Shown: positions 27,833-39,557 of the stretch, one piece after another
How the letters are laid out: every line of letters starts with the position of its first letter
Numbering within the stretch: the stretch's first letter is position 1
NCBI RefSeq assembly: GCF_052425735.1
Contig: NC_135761.1
Location: forward strand, 18,786,001-18,850,000
Direction: 5' to 3'
Length of the DNA: 64,000 bases
Source of the DNA: Oculina patagonica
Lineage: Eukaryota
Made by a program: the position numbers and the translations under genes
Notes under the pieces: model-generated
The model's database searches: none
What the model was told of the DNA's origin: nothing
Seen by the model: the letters and a program-made list of their open reading frames with translations, nothing else

Positions 27833-29814
27833 CTAAGCCTGAGGTTTAGGAACTTCTTCAATAAAGATCCGGGACACTGATTTATACCCTGTGTAGGCGT
27901 CAGCACCTCCTCCATAACCCTCGCAATCACCGACCCAGAATCCTACGCGTACCTTGCCCTTGTGGATGTTGTTACAGTGCCCCTCAATATGGCGGACACG
28001 GTGAAGATCTTTATGACCTTTTCCTTTCCACATGTACACAATACCGTCAATTGGCAGGGGAGCTGCACATTCAGCACCGTTGAAAGTGAAATACCAGCGT
28101 TTGCAGCAACCGTCACAGTTGTAGATTCTCAGGGCACCAGTCCAGTAAACATGGAGGGCTGTGTCAGAGAAGTTTTTGGTGAACACACAGTCCTGTAAAA
28201 ATATTTTATAGACGGACGTTTATTTAAAGAAGATGATTACATGTTTTTTATTGTTTGTTACATCTTTGTGTTGCAATAGTAAACATTACACTTAAATAAC
28301 ATGAGTCGAATATGCAATTTTTAAACATACCTTTGTATGTATATTCGGTGTAAAAAATCAAAAAATAACAACTGGTAACAAGGGTCCTTAAAAATAAACT
28401 AAAGAAACGTTCCAAGCAGTAATTATAATGTTTACAATTTAAATGTAAGAACTGCCAAAGAATCATGCCTGTAAAAATCACAGCTTTAATGCGAAAAATT
28501 ATATATGTCGAAGAGAACAAAACAAACAATATACTGATCATTCACCTTAATCAGACCGTAGTCTGTTTGGTCATTCAAGTTTTTCCATGCGCACTCTTTC
28601 CAGTTCTTATAAAACATCAGGCCGGGAGTCCCAGGGATTGCACTTGTTCCAGTCTCTCCGCGCTCCCCTTTTTGTCCGCTAGGACCCTGGATACCAGCTT
28701 TTCCCTTTGGTCCTGGCAATCCTGGAGGACCCAGTGGTCCGGTCATTCCCTGGATTCCCTGAATTCCGTCACGACCATCACGTCCATCCCGTCCGGGTAT
28801 CCCTTGAGAACCAGGCTTGCAATGTGTACTAGGACATGCGCAGCAGAGGGAAGATGGCTTTCAAAAAATCACAGAATTAGTTACTGGCGTATGACATGCA
28901 AGTTTTGGAACACTGAATTGTATCTGATATCGCAAAGTAAAGTTGTCGTTGTATTCGTACTAGACTTGTTTTAGTATCGTACCGTTTTTTATGTTAAACC
29001 TGATGTATAACCTTTATTTAAACACGATGAGGGTAAAAAATAAGTAGCTTGAGGTCGTGTCTAAATGTAGTAACTAGTATATAAAAAAGTATTCGACTAT
29101 AATAAGATAAAAACGCTAAACTACACGCTAAATATTCTTAATCTGACTTAAAGTGAAATTGTTGCCTTCAAACAGGCGACTTGGAGATTCTCTAACATCA
29201 AGTCTTGTCTCAGTTTTTAATTTGCGTTATGTCAGTTATGTGTCATGAAATTTTTTTTTTATAACACTTATTTTTGGAGACAAAAAAATGGCTTTTGGAA
29301 GCGAAAAAAAGTCACGATTTACAATGCGTTTTGATTCCATCTTACACTTATTCGTCTTTGTATCGGAACTGTTTTCGGTCGTCACCCTCGTTTTAGAACC
29401 GTCTTTTATTCATTCACGCTTATACGCTAAGGACAAAAAACCCGCACAATGTTTCAATTGAGCATGAACTGACCGGTCAGAGCTCTTGAGCCAGCGCTAC
29501 GGTGATCACGTGACGTCACGTGACGTGCATCGTTTTCGACGCCCACACTACAACTGAAAAACGGCGATTTCGATGGGATATACTTTGGAGGGCGTTTTCC
29601 AATTGCGAAGTTTTCGGTGGCTGAAACCGCTGGAGTAATGTGGACGGAAGGCGAAAACGCAAAAAAAGCAAAAAGTGTCCGTTTGCAAACGAAAACTCAT
29701 TAGTGTTTACAGAGCCTTATACTATACCTTGGCTTGGTCGCCGGTTTGCTTGTCGTGGCTGTTTCCCTGCACAGCACAGACAGTGACCAGCAAAATAAGC
29801 AATAAACTTGACAT
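27833..29814 (-). CDS. Cthrc1: Cthrc1-like secreted short-chain collagen, copy C1, intact, about 252 aa. Exons 29814-29728, 28857-28546, 28192-27833
   Basis: Exon 1 [29 protein letters not shown]|gtatag; exon 2 [15 protein letters not shown] + 19 GXY + AIP + 2 GXY + [10 protein letters not shown]...GLIK|gtgaat; exon 3 ends EEVPKPQA*. Exon lengths 87/312/360 nt. Exon 1 and the start of exon 2 are missing from the ORF track but translate cleanly by hand. Confidence 0.9.
29330..29716. mobile_element. Degenerate Harbinger-like non-autonomous element in C1 intron 1
   Basis: Right end gaaaactcattagtgtttacagagcc-tta resembles Harbinger MITE termini; internal gatcacgtgacgtcacgtgac; left end not resolved. 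Confidence 0.45.
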
Positions 29815-30035
29815 GGTGATGAGCTGTATGATTACTGCCAGTTAATTCAATAGTTTACGGTTTTCTGGTGCCCTGTGGATTTGAGTACATTTCCAAATTA
29901 GCCCGTGCCCCAGCAAAACTGATTCTGCTTATAAAAGTGGATCATAATACTTAAGATCTTCCCGTCTTAGCTTTGGCATTCTATTACATCTGGCCACATA
30001 ATCTTTTGATGTGACTGAAAAACGTTTACTGAAAG

Positions 30036-30954
30036 AAAATAAACGGTTTGAGCAGAATCCAAAATTTTAAAGCAATCAGATGTGTATAAATTTTTGCAAT
30101 TAGATGAACTGTTAAGGTGTTTAAAAACATGTGAATTTTTGTCAGTTAAAGTATGCTCTTTGATCCTTGTTGAAAAATGACGGGAAGTCTCGCCAATATA
30201 ACGGGAGTTACATCCCGCACAAGTAAATTGATAAACAACAGAGGATCTAATAGCATCAGGAATGGGATCTTTAAAACTGAAGAAATTCTTTATTTTAAAA
30301 GAGGAAAAAACTAACTTGATGTTTAAGTCGCTGCAAAAACGCCTAGATAACTGTTTAATTTTTATCTGGGTTATATTAGATACATTGCCGATGAAAGGTA
30401 GTTTGAAATAGCGAGTGCTAGTGTTGTTAGAATTACTAATACTAACATCACTAGAGGAATTAAGTCTAACATTATCTAGATAACGTTTAATGATTTTGTC
30501 AATTATGTGGGAGGGAAATGAGTTACGTTTAAGAGTTTCTGTTAATTTATACACATCTGATTGCTTTAAAATTTTGGATTCTGCTCAAACCGTTTATTTT
30601 CTTAAATTAAAAGAGGCCTTTTACATTAATAGTTTAAAACCAGATTTAAACACTCAAGTGCAGCATGTCAACACCTTTTTATTTTAATCTTTTGTTCTAT
30701 TAGTAACGGTCTAAAGCTCACACTGTGAGTAATTACTGTTCTAGACAGTACCAGACAGTACCTGCCACTTTGTAACGGCTTTACCATTATCTTTTGTTAT
30801 TGTAATTTTACTTTGTATACATTTCTATTTTTGGATTTGTAGCTTGGGTATATATATATAGCCCTAGATTTTAAATTCTCAATAAACTGAAGATGGCATA
30901 AGTCATGCCGAAACATGTCTTTAAAAAGTTGTGTCGTGTTTTTAAAATTAGTAA
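30036..30954. mobile_element. 5'-truncated Penelope-like element (GIY-YIG endonuclease end plus 3' tail) with its 5' part inverted
   Basis: Minus ORF 30554-29967 has VVYQFTCAGCNSRYIGETSRHFSTRIKEH; the protein end (LKEAFYINSLKPDLN) continues on plus 30545-30687. A 60-bp segment is present in both orientations (30033-30092, 30544-30603). TSD gtttactgaaag at 30024-30035 and 30955-30966. Confidence 0.9.
30883..30923 (+). ncRNA. Minimal type I hammerhead ribozyme (PLE-associated)
   Basis: taaa-CTGAAGA-t-ggcat(aagtc)atgcc-GAAA-catg-TC-ttta; canonical core, GUC cleavage triplet ending at 30919, palindromic stem III ACATGT. Confidence 0.82.
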
Positions 30955-33900
30955 GTTTACTGAAAGCCAGTAAGGCTTTTATCACGTAACACAGTCCGAT
31001 CAAAATGATGCCAAAACTTGTTGACATGAAAACCTATAAAAATTCCGGTAAAACTATCCTATCTCTGAATAATTTAGGCTAATAACTTAAAAACTACTTG
31101 GTGAAAGTTTTTATTTTGGTCTAAACGGCAAAAGGAATATTTTGAGAATTTTGAAATAAATATATCAGTAGGGTTTAGAGCCATCTTATTTTTATGTTAA
31201 AATAACATGCGCAGAACCCTAACAACAGATTTTCATCGAGCATGTGCAAAAATGTTTCTTATGTTGTTTGGACAAAACTTCATTAAAACCAAAAAAAACT
31301 GCGACGAGTGTTTATTACCCTCAAAAGTTTTAAAATAGGTCTCTTTGACGTTGCCATGGTGCAACCTTTGAAGTGGACATGGTAACGAATTTTGATGTCG
31401 TAGCAGCTCTTAATTTGTTAAATGGTAAAAGCTATATAAACATTTTTACTAAAAGTTATCCTAAACTTTTTGGTGTAGCTGCGAAAGAATAAGAATACCG
31501 AAGACGGGAATGTTTAATTAATTTGGGTTACCCCCTTTAAATATCGTTCCTTCAGGAACGATGACGAAAAAAATCACTGAAAATTTATTCTTCGTCCAAT
31601 CGCTACAAAATTTTGTAGAATGCGTGACAAGAGAATTACCCAATCCCCCCGCAAATTTGAGCTAATATACTTGAATGTGGCCTACACGACGTATTTCACG
31701 ATGCGGACAAAAATCAATTGAAAATGGCGTCAAACGCGAAGTTTTCGTCAATTGCGGTTGTCAGGGCAGAGAGAGCTTTTGAGTTTGTTTTTAGAGAAAG
31801 AAGGCAGTAATAATGGGATGCCTATTAATCTTGATCGTCAACTGCGAAATACAAGCGATGAATCGATCGAAATCAAGGTGAGAGTTGTGTACTTGGTACG
31901 AACCGTACGAGGGCACATGGTCTGAAATGCAATGAAATGTTATTTATATTTGCTTTCTGCGTACAAAACCTTGCTTGTTGCTTAGAATGGATGTCTGAAT
32001 TTATCTCTGAGTATAAGGAGATCGTAATATTTTGAGGAAAAGGGTTTTTAGGACAACAGAAGTAACAAAATATTCGAAATTCTGTGACGCTACTTGACCT
32101 AAATATTTATGTTAATTTATGCAAATTAGGTTAAAAATTTGCTTAGATAAATTGTAATAAATTCTTGTTTCATTCTTTTTCAGCCAGAATTGCTAAATAT
32201 GTTGCCAAAATAACAAGGAACATTTTTGCTTTTAACTTTTTCTTATAACCTTAAACATTTGTGAAACTTGTTGCTTTTTGTCCAAAATTTTTGGCCATTT
32301 TATTGTAATTTAAGGTAATTAAATTAATATATTCAAAAATATTATGGTTTGTTTTGGACAAAAACATTTTTTCCTTAAAGCCTGTTCCATAACCTTTCAA
32401 AAGAGGTATGTCTTTCTTCTCAGTTGTAAATATCTCCTGAGAAAATAAATAAAAACCAAATGTGGTCAATTTTGACTGTTTTTTGGCCTTCCCTGCAAGA
32501 GACGGGAATGTTTAAACCATTACGAGCCAGCTTATTGACTATAAATAAAAACACCCCAAAATGCTTAGGATATTTTGGAGTCGATGCGTGGATCTGCAGT
32601 TTTATGTACAAAGAATAGTTTTCCAATTTGCAGCGACATGTTGCAGGGACGAAATCACAGCATTACGGAAAAATGTTGCAGGGACACGTTGCTGCGGCAC
32701 ATCCCCGGGGCTGACGTCGCTAAATCCGATGGCAATTTTATGACCTAAAGTTTTAAATTAAATGCAAAATCATTTTAACATAGATACAACTTTTAAAAGC
32801 AAAATAACCTGAAAGTAAAAATAACGGTGTATGTGAAGTTAGCACGGAGAGAAAAACTTGGTCTAAAGTACAATTGGCAGTGAAGACGGAAATGCGAGGA
32901 AACATTTGTTTTTTTGAAACCGAACTTAGACCCTAGCTGTGACATTCATTTATTTTATTTTTGAGTTCGACTCGATGGTGCATGTTTTGTTATACACGTC
33001 AGTACAAATACTGAGTGGCCCATTTATTTTCTGTTCAAAATATTTTTGTTTTCAATTTCACGACAAAGATTAAGACGGAATCCATCAATAAAACGAGAAA
33101 TTTAATTTTATAGGACAAATATCAAGTACTGTATTAATTTAAATCTTATTGCGTTATTTTCTACCCTTTTTAAAAGCTAAAAATGTTAGTAATTATTCGT
33201 GATAACAACAACAACAATTTCTTATCAGAGCCTGAGAAAATGAATTTCAAAGTTTACAAGAACCATGTAACCTATAGGTAAAATTTTACGTGTAGCTTTT
33301 TTTTGTAAAATCGTCTTTTAAACTATTCAGTGGAACTCAGTGAAACTTTGTTTTTCAATGCATAAGATATTTAAAAAAGTAACACAGAAGTTTGCAATAA
33401 CATGTAAATAATTTTGGAGCACATTTTTGTCCAATTAATACTCGAGGTCCTGGCGGATTCTGTCTTAACTGTTTAAATTGAGGATCATCGCTGCTACAAG
33501 TTAACCTAATGAGCCCAAACTGCATGTTGCACTGAATAAAGTCTGCAGAACAGGGGTTATTAAGTCTACCTGCGTCAGCTCTTGCGGTGGGGCATTCTTA
33601 CTGGATCTTACCCATTTTAAGCCGGGGAAGAACAAAAACGTAAAGGTATATACTTGCCTTTCAAGTAGCACAGGGCTTGGATAGAGCGAAAACAGATAGC
33701 TTAGTGGTAGGAACAAAGATAGGATCGGATTGTTAAGAAATGCAAAAAAACATAACTACAAGGCAGAATCTACAACTCATCCAATACGTACTTGTCGCTG
33801 TACTGCTCCTCAGAAGGGAATGAACTTGCTGAACGGTGATCGATGTTGTTAGGTTGGTCGTGTTTAGTTTGTTCATCATGGTTTGTTTTCTCAGCGTTAT

Positions 33901-35713
33901 TAACTTGGATATAATAACTTCTAAGTGTTCTGTTTTAAATAAACAAAAGTGACTGACCATTTCAGATCCATCAGGTTTATTTTTCTTCTTTCTAAAAAAA
34001 CTTAAAAACCTAAAGTTTCTTGGCGTACTAGTTGTTAACAATTGATTAAAATTTTCTCATTATATCTCTAAAAAAGGCCAGACATGGATATATGAAGTGG
34101 ATCAAACTAGAGGAAAATTTTGAAACGAGCTTTGGCCTTTATGGAAAATAAGCTATTGCCATAACTTGATCGGTATTCTTTTTGACGACTTTGAGAACAC
34201 GTCGCCTGTGTTTATATACTTAGATTAATTGCTTTTACCGATGAGTTTGAATTAGCATCGATATTGGTTTATTAAAATGGTTTGGTTATAGTCAAATATA
34301 TCTGTCAATATTGTAGCAACAGTTATATACTGGTTATTTCTTCTCTAAAAGAATAGCATTTTATTATTGTTTATGTGAACAAAGCACGGCTGGTGGGAAG
34401 ACTGAATAATAGTTTTTTTTTTCAAACTCTGTTTCTAGGTACATCGAGCAATGCACGCACTGATTTCTCAGTCTTGTGAATATAACTTGAAAACATTATT
34501 AACCAGTGCTGAGAATGTCATACAGAAAATAAAATACGCCTTATTTCGGTAAAACGTAAAAACATATACCCTACATTGGTTTTTTTTTCGTGTTTGGACC
34601 TCGGCCTTTGTCCACAAGCTGTCAAAGGCTGATTAATGTGTTTGTTCGCCACATTAACGCACATAAACCTTAAGTGATCTGTTATTCTTCTTTTTGGCAC
34701 TGTTTTAATTTCTTGAATGCAACTGTCAAAACAGAGCAGCTGTGGAGAAAACAAAATGCTACATTTCTCATTCTAATGCATGTCATCTCAGAGGTCCGGA
34801 TAAATAAAAACCGGACCTATGTGCTGAAACGGCGCTAATATTTCAGTTTTCGCAAAGATTGATTAAAATTTCGCAGTGAAGCACAGACCTGGGGTTGGGA
34901 TGGAGGGTGCACTACAGACAATAAGCTATAGGTATGCCGTGGAGATTCTTAATCCCTGTACCTAGTTCAGGATGAAAAATCGAAAATGGATACCTTTTTA
35001 AAGCCAAAGGCATAGAGGAGACAAAACATAACTAATTTTTTTTACAAAAATTCTCTTTATTAATACTTCTGCAATCAACAGATGGGTTTTATAGACCATA
35101 TCGTTTTCGTTTAGCTGGAGTTTACGTATTACAATTATAGCCGAGGACCTCTCTATTTCCCCACCTGAACGTTTTAATTTGGGTTTTAATCTAGACGAGG
35201 CAAGTGCCACGTCTTGCCTCTTGCTAGTTACGGCCCTGCTATGTAAGGATCACACCGGGACAAGATTCACTAGACCGGGATTAAAGCGCCGAAAGAGAAA
35301 AAAAAAACTGCCCAGGGCTTTTTCCTTGGTAATGTGGAAGGGGCGGGAGAAGGGAGAAAAGAAAAAGCAAAGATAAGGAACTGGAAACGAGGTTTTATGC
35401 CTCTATATCTATCAATTCAATCCACGTCACTGAATGCTGTGCTGTCAAACATACACGATTGGAAAATAAACCTTCTCAATATTAACAATTAACGGCAATC
35501 CCGAAACGTTAATCTTTGTTATGCAAAACTCTTAACTTCTACGATTCTTCAGTTGTTTTTATTTTTGCAATCATGAAAATGTTTAGAGTTTGTAACTCCT
35601 TCTATTTTAAACAACGCATGTCTAGAGACTCTTGGTTTTAGGCCATCGTAACTTGATTAAAAATATAACACAAACAGCGGTGATAAACATTATGAAAAAT
35701 CGCATTTTTATAA

Positions 35714-35755
35714 ACTTGACGTTTCGTATGCTAAGCTACATACATTTTCAAAAGT
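35714..35755 (-). ncRNA. Inverted second copy of the U3-A8 minimal hammerhead ribozyme
   Basis: Reverse complement of 36636-36677, within the inverted repeat. Confidence 0.7.
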
Positions 35756-36635
35756 ATGACCGTTAAAATTTTTGGCAACTATTTATATATTGTATGAAAG
35801 GGGTCTGGAACCGAGACTGTGACAATTGATCTACAGCAGTAACTTAATATTTACATTTTGGTTAATAAAGTAACAACCTCTCACTGCCGACATTGGCATT
35901 TAAAGAAGGTTGTAGTTCATTAATGTATTAAAGATCTCAGGAAGCTCTTGCTGCAAAATGGTTACCCTCAAGGCATTATCACGTACAACGTTAACGATGT
36001 TTTGAACAGACACAAAAACAAGCCAGACACCCCTGTTGCGACAGTTCCTAAAAAAGATGTCATAATCCTGTTACCCTACTTAGGTCTTCCGAGCATCCAA
36101 ATCACTAAACGCCTTAAATCCTGTGTATCCAACTTCTACTCTTTCGTCAACCTCAAGATCATTTTTCAGAACACACGCCGCATCAAATCCTTCTTTCCGT
36201 ACAAAGACCGCCTCAACCGTTCTCAACGATCTAAGGTCATCTACAAAGCTAGCTGCTGGGACTGTGACTATGTTTACATTGGGAAAACAAAACGACGATT
36301 GCATGACAGAAAAACTGAACACTTTAAGGCCCTCACTAAATGCGACCATCAATCAGCTATTACTGATCACATAAAAACCACAGGCCATAACATCAAATGG
36401 GATCATTTTGAAATCCTCGCGTCAGGCAAAACCGACCTCCACTGCAAGATTAAAGAGACCTTATACATTAATGAACTACAACCTTCTTTAAATGCCAATG
36501 TCGGCAGTGAGAGGTTGTTACTTTATTAACCAAAATGTGAATATTAAGTTACTGCTGTAGATCAATTGTCACTGTCTCGGTTCCAAACCCCTTTCATACA
36601 ATATATAAATAGTTGCCAAAAATTTTAACGGTCAT

Positions 36636-36677
36636 ACTTTTGAAAATGTATGTAGCTTAGCATACGAAACGTCAAGT
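36636..36677 (+). ncRNA. Minimal hammerhead ribozyme, U3-A8 covariant core
   Basis: actt-TTGAAAA-t-gtatg(tagcttag)catac-GAAA-cg-TC-aagt; C3-G8 replaced by U3-A8; palindromic stem III ACGT. Confidence 0.72.
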
Positions 36678-37312
36678 TTATAAAAATGCGATTTTTCATA
36701 ATGTTTATCACCGCTGTTTGTGTTATATTTTTAACGCATGTCTAGTTTACAAAAATGATTTCTTTGCAATTTGTTGATTTCAAAGTCATGTAAATCCAAA
36801 TAATTTTTATCACGTCGTCCCAAAAAAAGCAGCAGAAGGCCTCATTTAAGAACTTCCTTTTGTAAGATTCTCTCAGTTTGTAAAACAACAACTGTAGCTT
36901 TACTTTGGGGAAAAGGTTGAAGGTTCCTTTGCACGTTTGAGTTTTCGCTTGGGACAAAAACTGAGTGTTAGTTGACTTGGTGGTCACTTAAATCTCGTAC
37001 CTCATTGCTTTGCTATTGTAAAATAGTATTGATCTGAGCATTTTGTTTGTGTTTAATTCTTCCTGGCCATGGCTAGTTCTCTAATTAAATCATTTGTTCT
37101 GACAGTTCTTTGCGTTACATCGTATACAAAATATTGCATCGCTTTCTGGAGTCAGTTGCAACAGAAAAGAAAGAAAGAAAAGGAAGAAAACAAACAAACA
37201 AATAAAGAAAGAAACCGTTCCTTCTAGTTGTCAATCTTCCTGCTTTTTATTAACAACAGCTGCAAATGTGAAACAATTACAAAGCACACCAAGTAAGCAT
37301 ACAAACCACTCG

Positions 37313-38866
37313 TTATATAATTAAGCAACTAATCATTGTCCTGTAAGCGTTTATGCAGGAATTGACGTTTCCTCTCGAGATGTAAGCCTGAGGTTTAGGA
37401 ACTTCTTCAATAAAGATCCGGGACACTGATTGGTACCCTGTGTAAGCGTCAGCCTTTGCACCATGCTCACAGTCACCAACCCAGAATTCCACGCGCACCA
37501 TGCCTTTGTGGATGTTGTTACAGTGCCCCTCAATATGGCGGACACGATGAAGATCTTTATGACCACGTCCTTTCCACATGTACACAATACCGTCAATTGG
37601 CAGAGGAGTTGCACATTCAGCACCGTTGAAAGTGAAATACCAGCGTTTGCAGCAACTGTCACAGTTGTAGATTCTCAGGGCACCAGTCCAGTAAACATGG
37701 AGGGCTGTGTCAGAGAAGTTCTTGGTGAACACACAGTCCTGTGTAAAAATTATGATACAAGATAATTCAAAAATTCAGTTTACTAGAATCTGAAATAGTT
37801 AGAAGGAGCGTTTTGTTGTTTGGGTTTGAAAAGTTCATTTTCAGTTTTGTCCGAGCTTTGTGAGAATTTTCTCACCTCATATCAATCTTTTTCCTTAATT
37901 TATATAGCACATTCAAACAAATTTTTTTGGATAAACATATAAACCTTTGAAAAATTTACCTTGATCAGACCGTTGTTTGGCCGTCATTCAAGTCTTTCCA
38001 TGCGCACTCTTTCCAGTTCTTATAAGACATCGCACCGGGAGTCCCAGGGATTCCACTCGTTCCACTGTCTCCACGCTGCCCCTTTTGACCGGGAGGACCC
38101 TGCACACCAGGTGTTCCTTTGGCACCATGAATTCCTTTGGGACCTAGAGATCCCTGGGGTCCGGTCTTCCCTGGGCTACCCTGATCACCTTTGGCTCCTT
38201 CACGGCCATCACGGCCATCACGGCCTGGTGCCCCAGGAGACCCAGACTTTCCGTGTAAACCTGCAGGGCCTGGTACTCCAGGGAACCCAGGTCTGCCGTG
38301 AATACCAGGGACACCACCATAACAGAAAGAAGGAGGTTGCTGGGTTGGAATAAGAAACGAGTCATGAGTTATTAATGAGAAAGTCAGTAAAGACAAATCT
38401 CTTGGCAACGTCAGGTGAAGATACGAGTTTTGCATGTTTGCTGATTAGATTTAATGCATATTTTATCCATTACTTTTCCACGCCAAAAATCAAAGGCTGT
38501 CGACTTTTCCATGCCTTCTGTTAAGATGCCTATGTAGCTGCGTTTTTTCACTTTTAAGTTTTTTGGATTCAAGCAGAATAGTTCATAACTATTAACATCA
38601 CAATGCTGCACACTGTTTTGCACAATACAATTATTAGGTCAGGTTATGTAGTTAGGCAACTTGACGAGCAAATATATGGTTCTTAACAGCTGCTTAGTTC
38701 AATCTTCCTCCTAGCCGCTGTATGGTTTCAAGTTAAACAAACAGCATACCATATTTGAGGACGGTTGTTTTGTGGTTTTGTTGCCCTCCGCAGCACAATA
38801 GATGGCAAAGCATGACATCACATACACCATGGAAACCACAGAGACTTTACTCATAAGAAGGGCCAT
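37313..38866 (-). pseudogene. Cthrc1: Cthrc1-like gene copy A2, frameshifted at the end of exon 2 with stop-loss in exon 3. Exons 38866-38750, 38339-37960, 37738-37382 (read-through to 37313)
   Basis: Exon 1 MALLMSKVSVVSMVYVMSCFAIYCAAEG...; 32 GXY triplets. Exon 2 is 380 nt, not a multiple of 3: GGC CAA -AC AAC GGT vs GGC AGA GAC AAC GGT in B2, giving TGA at 37965-37967. The ancestral TAG at 37382-37384 has become TAC, and conserved RVGF has become RVEF. Confidence 0.85.
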
Positions 38867-39557
38867 TTCTTCTTTACGATTTTCTGTGGAAAAAGGTAGA
38901 AAGATTTAAGATCAAATCCACCGCGCCGATTGTTAAATGAAGTCATTTATTGTATTGTTATCATTAGAAATTAAAGACCGTCTGCAATGATGGCAAGAGG
39001 CAATCCTGTAACAAAAACCATTTGTATTTCAAAATCTACGACAACAGTTTTTGCATTTTAGAGACAGAAAATCTGATCGCTTAATATTCAATATTTGTCT
39101 TCCCCACAGAAGAGGTCTTGAGCGCAGTCATGGTGCTTAATAAAGAGTTATTTGATATTTTTTTTTGATATTTTTTGCCACTCTTGCCTCGTCGCTGTAT
39201 AACCTCGAGTCGAACGACTCGCGATAAAACAAGTTTGTGAATACTAATTTAACAGCTATATTAAGATTATTTTTTTTCTTACAGGGAATGTAATTGGCCA
39301 GAACAACTTTTTTTGTTACCCATTTGACCAATGAAATGCAGTCTTCTATTCGTAAGTTACCTAATGCTGACGTGTTGCATTAGTTGATGACCTTGACGAT
39401 CCTTTGACTGAATAATTTTCTTCTCTTATTTGAGATACTATACCAATTTATTTTTTTAACGCAAGACAAACCAAAAAGAGGACCGAATATTTTCTGCTCA
39501 ATTTTCGTAACGCAACTTACAGTCAAAAGATTATCCATGTTTAACTGAAGTTATGAA

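Larger units (their letters stand above)
35626..36732 (+). mobile_element. 5'-truncated Penelope-like element with 272-bp inverted terminal repeat
   Basis: ORF 35948-36529 has GIY-YIG VIYKASCWDCDYVYIGKTKRRLHDRKTEH...KETLYINELQPSLN; 35657-35928 is the reverse complement of 36463-36734 with few mismatches; TSD aacgcatgtctag at 35613-35625 and 36733-36745. Confidence 0.92.

Noticed and set aside
30967-32760. Repeat-like block with a single gggttaccccct-ttaa end at about 31525-31540
   Set aside because: Probably DNA-transposon remnants, but matching termini and TSDs could not be found, so it was not annotated.
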